From positions 124,001 through 188,000 of the forward strand of contig KE560959.1 of assembly GCA_000442015.1 (NCBI GenBank): DNA of 64,000 nucleotides. Reading direction: 5' to 3'. Source of the stretch: Rozella allomycis CSF55. Taxonomy: Eukaryota. The notes beneath the pieces were generated by a model, which did not search any database, was not told the DNA's origin, and worked only from the letters and a program-made list of their open reading frames with translations. Made by a program: the position numbers and the translations under genes. This document shows, one piece after another, positions 40,078 to 58,054 of this stretch. The first letter of the stretch is position 1. Each line of letters starts with the position of its first letter.

Positions 40078-43000
40078 TTAAAGATTTCTTGAAAATACTT
40101 GAGTTGATTCAATTTCTTTTTCCAGTTCTGAAATTTTGACATGTTGATCTGCCAACAATGATTCTGCTTTTGAAACTAGAAATGTAGCCACATTTGTTAG
40201 AGTATGATCAGGTCCATTATAAATGCTACAATTGTCGGCCATAATTTGCAAATCTTTAAGAAACGTGGATGCAGTGACGTGTTTGAAATTCTTTACTTCC
40301 TACATAAAGAACAAAAATTTAGAATACTTTTTTAATTGTCGAAAGATCTCTAGGTTGTTTTATTTTCAAGAGATAATCTTTGTAGATTTTGGTATCAACT
40401 GGATCTCTAAAAGCGAATGCTGCAGGGATAGCCATCAAAGTGTTTATAATGTCTTCAAAGATGAGAGACAATTCTGTTAAAGGTCTTTTTCTCTTTACAC
40501 CTTTAAAATTGTCTTCAACGTCAACAGCCAATTTCTTCTTTTTACTCAGTTTGGCCTTTTTAGATTTTCTATTAGATTTGTTAAATGAATATTACAGAGA
40601 ATTGCTTCTTGATATAACCGATTCATCATCATCAAAAAGCAAATCTTCAATAACGTTTCCAGTGTAATTTGGACAAACTTTGTTATTTCTGTTATGTCCA
40701 GTTTGACCACAACTGCTGCATCTAAGAATTGAAGATTTTTTCTTTCCTTCGTCTTGCTCTGTGTTATTGAATGGATTAACAAATGGACTTTTAAATTTGC
40801 ATAATCATTTTACTTTGAGTTTTCGTTTTTCGTGCCAATGCTTTTTCTTGAATTTAGTAATTGTTTTTGTCTAACGTAGGCGTTGATTACTTTGGGGTCT
40901 GTAACAACTTCACTTTCTGTTCTAACCATTCCATTTGCCATTTTATACTTTCAATAATAGTTAAAATATTTACATTTCTTTTTATTGTTAGTATTTTTGG
41001 TTTAGCTTCAAATTTAGAACTTTTTGATCCAAAACTGGCAATGGATGTGACGTCATCGTCAAAGTCAATTTCTTTTTTCTGAATTTCAAATTTTTGTCTA
41101 TTTATTTCATCTTCTTGCAAAAATTCTGGTTCATTTGTATTGCTGAGAGAATTTAGCTGGGCTTTCCAAATCTTGTTGATCTATTAAAGAATAAAAAGTA
41201 TCATACTTCCTCTTTATAAGCCATTCTTTGATCATTTAGCGATACTTTACTATCCCCTTCTCTTGAAGTTAATTGGCGTATTGATGATTTAACAAAACTG
41301 AAGCCTTCACCTTTTCCTGTAGGATCTCCGAATCCAGTCAGTTGCAGCATAGCTTTGTCTTGTGTGGCATTTATGAAATTTCTCGTAACCATCCATGGCG
41401 CCAATTTCACTTCATCATCTAGTGTTTCTTCTGCTTCTTCAGTATCAACAGCCAAATGCACATATCCAGAATCTTTTAATCGTTGCTGACCAGCAAGCAT
41501 GCTTTCATACAAACATGCCATTTCTGGATTTACTATTTTTCTCAATTCATCGTCACTTGGGATGACTGACCCTGGTTTTAAATACCAAGTGCCGCTTCCA
41601 CTTTTGCTTCTAGTTTCAGCGAAATCTTTTAGCCATTTTCTTATATTTGCTTCTGTAGTTTCTCTAAATAAACATGTTAGTTGTGGTAGTCTGAATGACT
41701 TTTCAGGGCTTTGACTCTTCTTTAACAATCTCCAGGCAGTGAATTGAACTCTGCTTTTTAAATACAGACTAACTTTGCGGGAATGAACGCTGGGAACTTC
41801 CATCAAGGGAAAAGTTTGACCAACCAAAAAGGAATGTTCAATATTCCTAATGTAGTGTCTTTGGCCTTCTTTGGAAGTACATCTAATTAATAAGAAATCA
41901 GAATATTTAAGAGGCTGTTCAAATATTGGAGCTCTAAATAGATTGTTATAAACACATTGAATAGTTTGACCAGGGTCTACATTACCAAAAGTGAAGAATG
42001 GAGAAGCATCAACATTTTCTAATATGACAGGTGAGCCAATTTCATTTTTAGGAATATTTAGATCAGCTTCTCCTTTTTTGCGATAGTAAGTGTTTATTAG
42101 AGTACCCATGCTTACATTCATAACGATTGGCGGGTATTCTTCAGAATATTCCAAGAGAACGAAATCACCGTCGTCTTTAACAGAAAGATCGTGAACGTTT
42201 TTAGGGATGTGAGAAGGAGATTCTTTCAAATGATGATTTTTGCTTTTAACAAAAGTTATTCTAGACCCTGCAACAAAGTCAAATGGAGGTCTGTGCCAAT
42301 TTCTCATCTCAGATCTTGTAAAGCATGTTTTGAACTATAAATGAAATAAAAATGAAAATACCAAGGCTGGCAATAACTTTAAAGCTGGATAAGAATGTTG
42401 AACGATGGATTGACCAAACGTGTGTCTTATTCTTCCTTTTGTCTTTGTTTCGTAGTAACGATCATTTGAAAGATTGAATTTGTCTAAACTTCCTTTGTAA
42501 GCTTGAAACATATTTTCTTGTTTCAAATCTTCTTGATTGACTCTCTCTGGCATATTCCGTGGTGGGTATTGCTGGTATGGAAGCAGCCCAGGATGTCCTT
42601 TGAAACACCAACAAATGTTTTACTTCTTGGGTCATGAAATTGTGGATTTTGTCTTCCAAATATTTCTTGAATTGTTGGAGTGTCATCAAACACATAAAAT
42701 GGATCATTTTTGTTCAAAATTAAATGAGATACAAAAAGTTTGGCAGGGGGTTGTTCATCATCCAAAATAATTCTCTCATCCCAATCACCAAACTCAAAAT
42801 CATAATTCTTTATTTTAGTACAAACTCTAATAATCAATTCATCCAACGAAGTTATCTTCTCTCTCCAAGTGTTCAAAAGAATCATCGTGATTTGTTTGAT
42901 TTGATTGCTATTCACGTAGCCAAATGAATTAGAATAAAGCCCTCTAAGGGAATTGGGATCATTCAGCTTCCCCCATTCAGTCCAATCCCAAACTATCCTT

Positions 43001-43852
43001 GACTCCCAATCATCCAGCTCTGTCGCCTTTTCTTTAATAATCTTCTCCACATATTCATACAGCCTTTTCTCTTCTTCCTGTGTCAACTCATTTCTCATCC
43101 TAAATCCAACTTCGGGCATAGGCTGTTTATCATTCATCTCTTCTATCACTGATTGGTAATGGTTGCTCATCATATTCTCCTCTGTGCTCTTTGAAAACTG
43201 CGCTCTAGATGCAATACTCTTAATGTCCATCACATTAGTCTTCTTAACTGAATTATATCTCTCAAGCAAAATCGGATTCTTTGCTAACTCTGCTTGATCT
43301 ACCACATACTCAAAATCATCACTACTCACTCCCTCAAGGGCTTCATAAACAAAAATACATTCTTTTTACCTTTAATAGATCTCATCTTTTTATAAACCCT
43401 TTGCTGCTCTTTAGATATCAACAATTCGGTAAATTTCACTGGCTTTCCTTTTTGAAATGACGGAAACATCGTTCGCATATCAACTTGTTCCTTCTTTTCC
43501 TTTTCAAGGACAATATTCTCTTCTTCCTTTACTACATCCATCTGGAAATCGTCAAACGCTAAATCAGGCTGCACGGAATCAACATAAACATCTTCTGCCA
43601 ACTCATCAATATCCTCAAAATCAACAGCCTCCACCCCAGGCTTCACTGTAAATGCATCCTCTCTACTATTCTTCTTTCCTCCAGCTTGTAAAATATCTCC
43701 AAACAAATTCGCTGGAAGGTTAGCCAAAGATTCTCTGATTTCCTTGAAAAACACATTTAAATCACACCTACCTCATCTAAAAAGTCGCCTTCTATATTCC
43801 CTCGTTCGTCTACATTGCCAAATATAAAAGATACGTCAATTCCTTGGCTCAT
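40078..43852 (-). CDS. TAF1: TFIID subunit Taf1 with zinc knuckle and one bromodomain
   Basis: IFGNVDERG (TAND), FNLSNDRYY, LLEYSEEYPP, LAPWMVTRNF, GDPTGKGEGFSF, CSSCGQTGH, FRDPVD..DYL bromodomain. Confidence 0.92.
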
Positions 43853-44025
43853 TCCAAGAATCCGAAATTTCAAAACACTCCAAAAGTTACTTTACTCATT
43901 TTCTTGATAATATATAATCAACTCATCAAAAATAAAATTCTATTCATATAAAACTTGCTGATCGGACTTGCTTTACTTTTCACCTGAAAAGGAAAGTTAG
44001 TTGACCCTTGCATCCTCATTAATTT

Positions 44026-45733
44026 ATGCACATTAGCAAATTGTTACTGAAAGCAGGAAAACCAGTATGTTGTTTAAATGTAATGTAAAGAAAAATACAC
44101 CTGTGCCTATCAAAGCAACCACTGGTTTTAAAATGCCAAAAATTCCTCCCATTGCGACTCCAAAAAAGCCAATTATAGTTGATGCACCATGCTGGAATAA
44201 CGAAAATGAAGATTTAGGTTGTAAAATTGTTCAGGCAAGCCCAAGATTATCTGAAATAATGGACAAGGTCAAAGTTCCTATAGCGTGGGAAAAACATGTA
44301 ATCAACATATATTGTGTTAAAAGGTTAAATTGTTCAACCAAAAAGCATGGTTGTTGAGAAATGAAACCAAAAACTTGAAAAATTTTATAGTAGACAATTG
44401 TAATAACAAATTTCTAGATATCTACATTGGTAAAATAGATAATGCATTTCTCATAGATGGAAAACACAATAGTGGGAAATCTGGGGAATGTCTAGCATTA
44501 ATGGACTATTTATTGAATGAAAACGACTGGGTTATTCTTTATAGTCCTCAGAGTAATTATTTTAGTCCGAATACAAAGTGTTTAGATGGACGGACGGATG
44601 GTATCCCTACTTTCCAGTCAAATCAAATAAGGATGAGGTTCCAAAGGAGTTTGAACAACCAACATTGGCGATCGAATTTTTACAAGCTCAAATGGCCATC
44701 AACGAAAAGATATTTAATGAAGTGAGTTTCTTTTAGAAATAATATAGATTATTGCTACATCTATTGAAGAGATGCCAAATGTAGAGGGACAGACTTTGTC
44801 TGAAATTTGTAAAATCGGGATTGAGGACGAAACGAAGGCGCATCCAGCTATTAAACTTTTACTTACAACTTTGGCAAACCAAGAAAAGTATTTTTTTATT
44901 TATTAGAAAAATAGGTTCCCGGTTTTAAATATCATGGATGAGGCAAATGCTCTTCATTTGTCAAAAATATCGTATAACAATGTGGATTCGACCCCATTGA
45001 AGCCTGAAAATTTACTGTTAATGAAACATTTAAAGGAATTTAGACGGCAATGCATTGAAGCCAAAGGCACTAAAGTGTTTCTTCAAGTGACTTCATATTA
45101 TCAAGAAGGGCTTTTGCACAATAACTTGAAACCTTTGTTTTTTCTTTTGACTCACATGGGAAAAGAAAAAATATCTGCAAAGAATACAGATTATTGGCTG
45201 GAGTTAAACGATTCCCTTTTTCTTCAAGAAAATCATCTTTCACTTTTAGAACCCTTGTTTAGAGATATTGAAAACACATATCTTGGTCAAATAAATGAAG
45301 TAGTCAATAAAAGGGATTTGTTAGAATCAATAATAGCAGAAAAATTGACAGCGTTAAGTGAGAATAGAAATGCGAACCCCTTGAATGAGCAAAAGTTGAA
45401 GACTCTAATGGCAAAATACCTGAGAACCTTAAATTGTGACGAGCGCTCTTTGAATGTGTACGAACAAGTCCATCCAAACGAGAAGAACGTTTTTATGTAC
45501 AAACCAGCACCGCTTGAATTTGCTGAAGCAAAAGAATTGCTACGATTTTACAAACAGAAAGGTTTAATTTATCCCAGTAAATATATTAACATCAAAATAT
45601 AGCGACTATATCCGACGAATACATTGAAAAGAAACTCTTTGTGACTGGGAGATCCATAGGCGATATCTATGTGGATTGTTCCGGGGAAGAGCTCTTTGCC
45701 TCTCTTGGTCAAATGGAATTTTTAACTCAATAA
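44026..45733 (+). CDS. Probable mitochondrial ribosomal protein mS29 (DAP3/Rsm23-like)
   Basis: AWLLRNET, IDGKHNSGKS P-loop-like, FEQPTLA, IMDEANAL motifs; divergent. Confidence 0.6.
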
Positions 45734-45797
45734 AATTTAAGATCTATAAAAATTATCTATGATTTCTAAATTTATACTTAATTCCTATTTGTCAGAG

Positions 45798-47333
45798 ATG
45801 AACAAGATATATTCCGAAATTTCCAAGATGGTGGAAATGCCGCTGGCGATGCTACATTCGTGTCAAACTCTCAATACCGATTTTAATAGCGAAAGGGTGA
45901 AAGATGTCGGTATTATTGGCTTTGATTTCTATTTTCCTCTAACCTTTGTTGAGCAATCGGATCTAGAAAAATATTACGGTGTTTCCGAAGGAAAATATAC
46001 GATTGGGCTAGCCCAGGAGCGCATGGCATTCACAGGAGATCGGGAAGATGTCAATTCAATGGCTCTAACCGCGGTGAAACGTTTAATGGATTCTTCTAAA
46101 ATTTCGTATTTAGATATAGGCCGCATTGAAGTTGGCACTGAATCGATAGTTGATAAATCCAAATCTGTGAAAACCGTACTTATGCAACTGTTCGAAGAAC
46201 ATGGTAACACCGATATCGAAGGTGTGATGTCAATCAACGCATGCTACGGTGGAACAGCTGCTTTATTCAATTCTGTTGCTTGGGTTGAAAGCTCTGCTTG
46301 GGATGGGAGATTCGCTTTAGTAGTAACGTCTGATATTGCGGTTTACGATCATGGAAATGCACGACCAACTGGAGGGGCAGGGGCCGTTGCACTTCTTATT
46401 GGTCCAAATGCTCCATTAGTTTTAAACAGTAAATCGAATATTGTAAAATAATTTAGCTGTTAGAGCTTCGCACATGAAAAACACCTACGATTTCTACAAA
46501 CCAGTGTTTTCGTCAGAGTATCCTCAAGTGAATGGAGCTCAATCGATTTCTTGTTACTACGATGCTTTGGATAAATGTTACTCGAGGTTTATTGATAAAG
46601 CTGGAAGTTCGGTAATGTTGATTCCATGATTAACAAAGACTGGGAAAAAGTACAATGTAGATTCATTTGACTATTTTGTTTTCCATTCCCCATTTTCAAA
46701 ACTAGTTCAAAAAAGCTTTGGTCGTTTGGTATTCGTTTATTTGTTATTTTATAGGTTTACAATGACATGATCCGTTCGGAACAATTCGCAAACGATGAAT
46801 TGGAAAAATTGTCTGATAAAGAACTTGAGAAGAAAATGATTCACATTTCAAAGCAAAAGTTTTCAGAAAAAGTTTTGCCTTCCACTTTTGCCTCTAAAAA
46901 TCTTGGAAATTCTTACACTTCGTCTATATTTTTTGGATTGATTTCCTTACTAGCTATGGAAGATCCAGTAATATTGAATACATTATTGCACAAAGGTTGA
47001 TAAGGACATTGTACTGTTTTCGTATGGTAGTGGATTGACATCATCCATGTATTGGCTAACTTGTAAAAAATCAATGAAAAGATGGGTCGATTCAAGTGCC
47101 TTTTTTAAACGATTCTCCAATCGATTACGCCAAACCCCCGAAGAGTTCGAATACGTAACTTTTTTTAAGATATCTTATTTAAGGCATTATCGTTAAGAGA
47201 GAAATTAATTAAAACCCCTCATAGTTATCATCCAATTAGTAGCATCGACTTACTCGACTTCCAAACTTTTTATTTGGATCATATCGACAGCGAATATAAA
47301 AGAGTATATACTCTCAAAAGCTCTCAAATTTAA
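45798..47333 (+). CDS. ERG13: Hydroxymethylglutaryl-CoA synthase
   Basis: [62 protein letters not shown]; start uncertain. Confidence 0.95.
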
Positions 47334-47379
47334 TTTAATAAAGACATACTTTCATCCATCACCATTAGTTACTGCATCA

Positions 47380-48179
47380 ATGGCGCTTTTAAATAACGCA
47401 AATAACGAAAAACAATTCTCTAAAGATTTTGTTATCAAACTATTAAATAGACTCAATGATAATTGGAATAGCTTTTCTAGCAAAGTTATAGACCTAAATG
47501 ACACTGAAATTGAGGCATCGGAAATTGAAGTGCTCGACGAGGACTTATTGGCACCCTTGGCAAAANNNNNNNNNNNNNNNNNNNNNNNNNNNNNNNNNNN
47601 NNNNNNNNNNNNNNNNNNNNNNNNNNNNNNNNNNNNNNNNNNNNNNNNNNNNNNNNNNNNNNNNNNNNNNNNNNNNNNNNNNNNNNNNNNNNNNNNNNNN
47701 NNNNNNNNNNNNNNNNNNNNNNNNNNNNNNNNNNNNNNNNNNNNNNNNNNNNNNNNNNNNNNNNNNNNNNNNNNNNNNNNNNNNNNNNNNNNNNNNNNNN
47801 NNNNNNNNNNNNNNNNNNNNNNNNNNNNNNNNNNNNNNNNNNNNNNNNNNNNNNNNNNNNNNNNNNNNNNNNNNNNNNNNNNNNNNNNNNNNNNNNNNNN
47901 NNNNNNNNNNCGACGGAGTTTGGAAAGAAAGCAGATTCAACCCTATCACATAATAACAATCAATCATACCCACGTTACAGATTCAACAAAGTCGTAGACA
48001 TTCGCATGACTTCTACCACATTTCCTTCCATTCAACGTTTTACACCATATGTGATCAGATATCTTCCTGATCTGGAAGATCATTTAATGAATGTGAATAG
48101 AAAGCATTTTTGTCACATGATTGGCAATTCGTTCGTGGCGTTATACAATGATATGAAAAGGGATACAATGAGTCAATAA
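47380..48179 (+). CDS. Hypothetical protein spanning assembly gap 47566-47910
   Basis: Open frames on both sides of the gap (MALLNN..PLAK; ..YPRYRFNKVVDIR..KRDTMSQ*). Confidence 0.45.
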
Positions 48180-48186
48180 AAGTTTA

Positions 48187-49334
48187 TTAAAGTTGTGGAA
48201 GAGTATTTTCCCACACAATAGTATCTTTTTCAATTACAGGTAAATCCTGCGTTTCAGGTAAAGGCGGATGAGAACCAGGTATGTACGTAGGGTAGAATAA
48301 ATCAACCGGTTGAATACAGCGGGAATCATGTAAATAAACTGGAGTACTATCGTGACCTTTTCACACTAGCATTTGAAAATTACCAGGGATGCTTCCTCTT
48401 AGAAATATGCAATTCGTTACATTGCAAACTTTCATAACCTGGACATGAAATGTGGCTCTGTTTTTGTTTCCCATTCTTCCAGGTAATTTCTTTCCTTTCC
48501 ATACCCGCCCCAGACCCTAAATATCTTTCTCCATCACAATTTACCATTGGCCCGATAGATCCAGGATGCCTATGTTTTTTAGTCGTACCATGAGTTTTTG
48601 GCATTCCTTTGAAGCCCCATTTCTTCATAACTCCTTGAAAGCCTTTTCCGATGCTCTTTGACACACAATCAACAAATTGCCCGGCGGTAAAGTGTGCCGC
48701 GTAAAGAGGAGTACCTCTTACATCATAAAATTTATCTTACCAACAGGAAGTAAGGCATCTTTTTCAACCTGAAATGTCTTTAAATATCTCCTAACATAGA
48801 GCCCTCTCCTCAAGCATTCATGCCTCCACAGACCTCTCGCTGTACTTGGCGACTTAAGTTCGGCACAAACTTGCTGAAAGTACAGCTCTTTCTTCCCGTT
48901 GTTAACAACGACTTTATCGAAAACTTGATTATCAGAGAACTTTAATATTTAATATAGTACATTACTTTCACCACAGTTACCGGAATTCTTTTTCCCCAAT
49001 TATCATAAATACTCATCATTCCAACTTTTGTGCCAATCATTCCAGTTCTACGATATCGTTTATTGCGATCGTATGTTAATCTTTGTAAACATATTTCCCT
49101 GGTAGGAGGGAATGCCCAAGCAGGTTTCACAACCAATTCACGCTTAGGGATTAATTGTACAGTCGGAATAGTTATTTTTACACGCTCTGGGCCGTATCCA
49201 AGTTTCTGAAGCTCTTCTGGCACTGGGGTATTATCCATTGGTGCAACTTGTATGCTTGAATAAAAGCTATAATTGAAGAATCTTCTCACTTTGAATGCGT
49301 TAGACCTTAATAAAATGCTGTTAAAAATTGACAT
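48187..49334 (-). CDS. MRPL3: Mitochondrial ribosomal protein uL3m
   Basis: [58 protein letters not shown]. Confidence 0.92.
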
Positions 49335-49508
49335 TAACTGAAATGCAAGGGAGTAAAAATATTGATTTCCAAATTAGGATTGTGACTCATGGCTCCAAGT
49401 TTTTGAAAGGCGATTTCGAAGTGTTAGTAATAATTATAATGCTCATGTTTACTTTAATCTTTCCAATTTGACTTTTCCCTGAATCAGCCACCCAACCCTG
49501 GCGGAAAA

Positions 49509-49882
49509 ATGAAGCTCGTTCGGTAAGTATTGTTTTTATAACGTTAAGTAGTTTTCTTATGAAGCTCACGAACGAAACAGTAACCGTGGAGCTCAAAAAC
49601 GGGACACTTGTCCACGGAACTATATCCGGAGTGGACGTTGCAATGAACACACACTTAAGAACAGTCAAAATGACTGTACGTAACAAAGACCCAGTGTCTT
49701 TAGAAGCTCTTTCTATACGTGGATGCAATATTCGCTACTTCATTCTCCCCGATGCTACACCCCTTGATCCACTACTCATAGACGATTTACCAAAAATCAG
49801 AGGAAAAAGAAAGCAGGTCGTCGCCGCTGGTACGAGAGGAGCTGCTAAAAGAGCTCGTGGTAGAGGCCGAGGCCGTCGCTAA
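49509..49882 (+). CDS. SMD1: Sm protein D1
   Basis: [46 protein letters not shown]; one intron. Confidence 0.95.
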
Positions 49883-50270
49883 TTTTGTCCTTTTATATTA
49901 ATGTAACGTGTTTTATATATTACAATCATAGAAATTTTTCAGATTCTTAATTATTTTCCAATCTTTTATTTTCTTCATTGCTATTCCCCATAGCTTTAGT
50001 CAGGTGATTGAATTTACTGTATTCTTTCAGCGTTACATCTATGGGAGAGAAATTTCATCTACCTAAAGTTCCTAGTTTTTAGGCCTTTAAATCGATGAAA
50101 AGTTGGAGCGTGAAAATGAGAAAGTTTGATTTTGACTTTTTCGCGTCGCTCGGACAAACATTACGTAATAAAATCAGCCTTTAATCTAAATCTTTGTATT
50201 AAATTTTGATTTATTTTTTATTTATTTACATTCGGTGTTTGGTCGTTGTCAAGATTCTGTCGTAATTCCA

Positions 50271-54847
<4,577 letters not shown>

Positions 54848-54880
54848 TAATAAATAAATGTAAGTTTTAAAGTTTACACT

Positions 54881-57493
54881 TTATTGATGTTTGTTCAAAG
54901 GATCTCCACTTTTAATCATTGTTGACGACAACATGGAACCTGACATTTTCGTATGCGCTGCTATTTTATTTTGCCATAACTCTAAAACATTGACCCATTG
55001 TTGATATTCTTCTTGAACAGAAAATGTAACATCATAGCGACAATTTTCCACAATAATACTAAGTGCAGAGGTTTTCGCATTCTTTTGAATAGAAAAGTTC
55101 TTAATGAATTTCAAAAACAAAGAATGATTTCCAATCCCAAATGCCTCAAGTTTACTAAATTCAGTATTTCTTCTTAATGACAGAAAATGTATTGCATTCG
55201 TGTTTGGATCGAGGGCCATTACCATGCGTGATGTCTCACTGAAAAATGAAAGGCTTTTCTTGACTCTTACAGACACGTCACTCGTTATCTTATACGTTTT
55301 CTTCAACTCTGAGTCATTCTTTACATCAGTACTTTTAACAGCGACAACCGTTCCACTTTGACCTACCGTTTTCTTATCATGCCGAGTAACATAAATGTTA
55401 TACATTTTATGAAGAAACATACATACAATATTGAAAAAAGCTATGTATGTGATTGAGAGTACTTTAACAAGAAAGGTAGAAGTAAAGCCTAAACTATTAG
55501 ATGTCAAAATGGGTATTGTGAATATCATTACAATCGTCACATTGTAAACTGATAAGGAAATAGCTTTGGTTTCTTGAAACTTTGATGGGATATCTCTTGT
55601 TTTAAACGCCATTATCAAATTTAATGCCAAAATTAAACCTCCATAGGTCAAAATCAATCCTAACATCACTTCCTGCACCATAGAGTTTGAGCTTCTGCAA
55701 GTCCAATAGTATTCTTTTGTGCTCAAGTACTTCATAACATGTGGTTTCGGCCTATCAATAATATTCCATACAAGAGCAAATAAAACGTTGGGTAATGTCA
55801 TCAGTATACCTACCAAAGATACTTTTTTGTCTGTCCACTTAGATCCTTCGCCCGAATTAATAACATAAAATAATCGATATAGCCGGACCATTTTAGCGAA
55901 ACTAAACGAATAAAACAAAGAGAAGGAAAGAGTAAGAAGAAATGTATCAGCTATGCAAAATGTGTCATTTGGCTTTCCCGTCATTATCAATAATTGTATG
56001 AAGCCTAACGCAAGTCCAAAAAGGAGCACATAGCTAATCTTTACACTTACGCGAACTATAACAGGATTTTTTCGATTTAGGGCATAAAATATGAAAACCA
56101 AAAGAACAACTACAATACCAACTGCACCAAGTAAAACTGAAAGCTTGCCAACCACAGTAGAAAAATCAGAATATAAGGCAACTTCATTAGGATCAATGTA
56201 GTCTTTTGGCTTTATAGTAGATCCACCTGGATAATATATTGGTCTAATCGAATAGATGGTGCCTTGACTCCACGTGGCGGCTTCAAACGCTTCTCCATTT
56301 AAAGTATTTAAGATGCTATAGTCGCCAATCCTCTCACCATTAATGTCCAAAACAACTTTGCCTGTAGGCGTTATTAAATTGTCAAACATGAAGGTCTGTG
56401 GGACAATAAAGTCCGACTTGTACGTACCATTAATTAGACCTTGAACTGTATATGTTGAGTTAGATTTTAACACACGATCAATACCATAAGCAATCAAATC
56501 CAAGCAAGATGCGAAACTCATTGTGTACAAAGGTGGTTCTGTAGACGTATTGTTGAGCCGGAATGGTGACGATGAATTAAGTATACCAGAGACCCACGAA
56601 GTTTTCATTTCTTCATAAATGGGCCCTTGCCCTTCTTTTGCTACAAAGAATATAACGTTCTCCATTAATTCCTTTTCCTCGTTCGTTAACATATAGTAAC
56701 CAGCATATACACCGTCAGATATTATCCAAACATAGCCTTGTTCTAAGAGCCCTTTTTTCTTTGCTTGCTTCAAAACAGCTAAACAATCTTGTAAATACCC
56801 GAAATATAAGATGATTTTTGCGTCTGAATCCTTGACTAAATTAACTACGTTTTTAGGACCGCTTTCCAAATCTGAAGCGTAAAACGAAGTTCTAACCAAA
56901 ATATTAATTTCGTATGATTTCGCACTCTCTGTTAACTGATTTGCTAATGCTTGGCCATAATCATCATTGGTTCCAATAATAGCGATAGATCTCCATCTAT
57001 TCTCATGCACATAACTGGCCATTGCCGATGCTTGAAAAAGATCGCTGGGTATTGTTCTGAAAAAGTTTGGATATTGTTCTTTATCAGCAAGCGCTGGACT
57101 AGTTGAGGATCCGCAACATACTGGAAGGTCGAAATTCTGGGTTATTAATGACGTTATTATGGTCAAATAGGAAAATGATGAGCCTATAATCGCAGTAACT
57201 CTATCATTGTTATTGAATTCAAGTAAGTCGTTGATCAGATTCTTACGTGAGAAACCACAGTTTCGGTACACGAATTCCAATTTCGTATTGTTATCTATTA
57301 GACTATCGATTTGATTGATTTGATCTAAACGAAGGTATATGGAGTTGATTGCATCTACACATTCGGGACAAATCTCTTCATCGAATGGCATAGACACTCC
57401 GATTTTTATAACATTATTTCCATTAGGGTTTAAACATTTGATTAATACCTGCAAAGATGAAAATAAAAGCAAAATTCTGGACAAGTAATGCAT
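54881..57493 (-). CDS. Class C (GABA-B-like) GPCR: Venus flytrap plus 7TM
   Basis: Signal-like MHYLSRILLLF; STSPALADKEQYPNFFRTIPSD, DDYGQ; YPGGSTIKPKD; FAKMVRLYRLF; AFKTRDIPSKFQETKAI; intronless. Confidence 0.92.
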   Translation of the reverse strand: MHYLSRILLLFSSLQVLIKCLNPNGNNVIKIGVSMPFDEEICPECVDAINSIYLRLDQINQIDSLIDNNTKLEFVYRNCGFSRKNLINDLLEFNNNDRVTAIIGSSFSYLTIITSLITQNFDLPVCCGSSTSPALADKEQYPNFFRTIPSDLFQASAMASYVHENRWRSIAIIGTNDDYGQALANQLTESAKSYEINILVRTSFYASDLESGPKNVVNLVKDSDAKIILYFGYLQDCLAVLKQAKKKGLLEQGYVWIISDGVYAGYYMLTNEEKELMENVIFFVAKEGQGPIYEEMKTSWVSGILNSSSPFRLNNTSTEPPLYTMSFASCLDLIAYGIDRVLKSNSTYTVQGLINGTYKSDFIVPQTFMFDNLITPTGKVVLDINGERIGDYSILNTLNGEAFEAATWSQGTIYSIRPIYYPGGSTIKPKDYIDPNEVALYSDFSTVVGKLSVLLGAVGIVVVLLVFIFYALNRKNPVIVRVSVKISYVLLFGLALGFIQLLIMTGKPNDTFCIADTFLLTLSFSLFYSFSFAKMVRLYRLFYVINSGEGSKWTDKKVSLVGILMTLPNVLFALVWNIIDRPKPHVMKYLSTKEYYWTCRSSNSMVQEVMLGLILTYGGLILALNLIMAFKTRDIPSKFQETKAISLSVYNVTIVMIFTIPILTSNSLGFTSTFLVKVLSITYIAFFNIVCMFLHKMYNIYVTRHDKKTVGQSGTVVAVKSTDVKNDSELKKTYKITSDVSVRVKKSLSFFSETSRMVMALDPNTNAIHFLSLRRNTEFSKLEAFGIGNHSLFLKFIKNFSIQKNAKTSALSIIVENCRYDVTFSVQEEYQQWVNVLELWQNKIAAHTKMSGSMLSSTMIKSGDPLNKHQ

Positions 57494-58054
57494 GATGTAA
57501 TCTCCAAAACAAATAAATCCCCTGGTTTCCGTTTGTTTATAATGACTAGCGTAAATTTTGTAAAATTTCATTCTAGCGGTTTTTCAATGACTTTATGGAA
57601 CAAAGCTTAAGTCAGAATTATAGAGTCATTGAAGAAGGCAATTTATTGCTTTGAATGATAAAGTTCGAAAGTTCTTGTACATCATTAAATTGTTCTTCAA
57701 CTGCGAAGGCTGGTAATCATTTTGGATGCTGTCATACTTGGCACGTTCTAGCCCCAAAATAGGCCATGAGTTTCAACGTGCATCTTTCATAATACCAATA
57801 ACTTTGCGGATATAAACATAAAATTGTAGATTTATTAATTGATTTATTTACTAGTTACTTGGGTATTTCGGAAGTTTCCTGATATCGCTCTTCATGTATT
57901 CTTCAAACATTTTTTTCTTATTTATTTGTTTTTTTNNNNNNNNNNNNNNNNNNNNNNNNNNNNNNNNNNNNNNNNNNNNNNNNNNNNNNNNNNNNNNNNN
58001 NNNNNNNNNNNNNNNNNNNNNNNNNNNNNNNNNNNNNNNNNNNNNNNNNNNNNN

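Noticed and set aside
47486-47997. ORFs spanning the long N run (also 57839-58186)
   Set aside because: Open only because N codons contain no stops
50020-50125. U3 snoRNA suggested by GATGA and GAGCGTGA boxes
   Set aside because: No recognisable box A (GGATCA) and no downstream C/D pair
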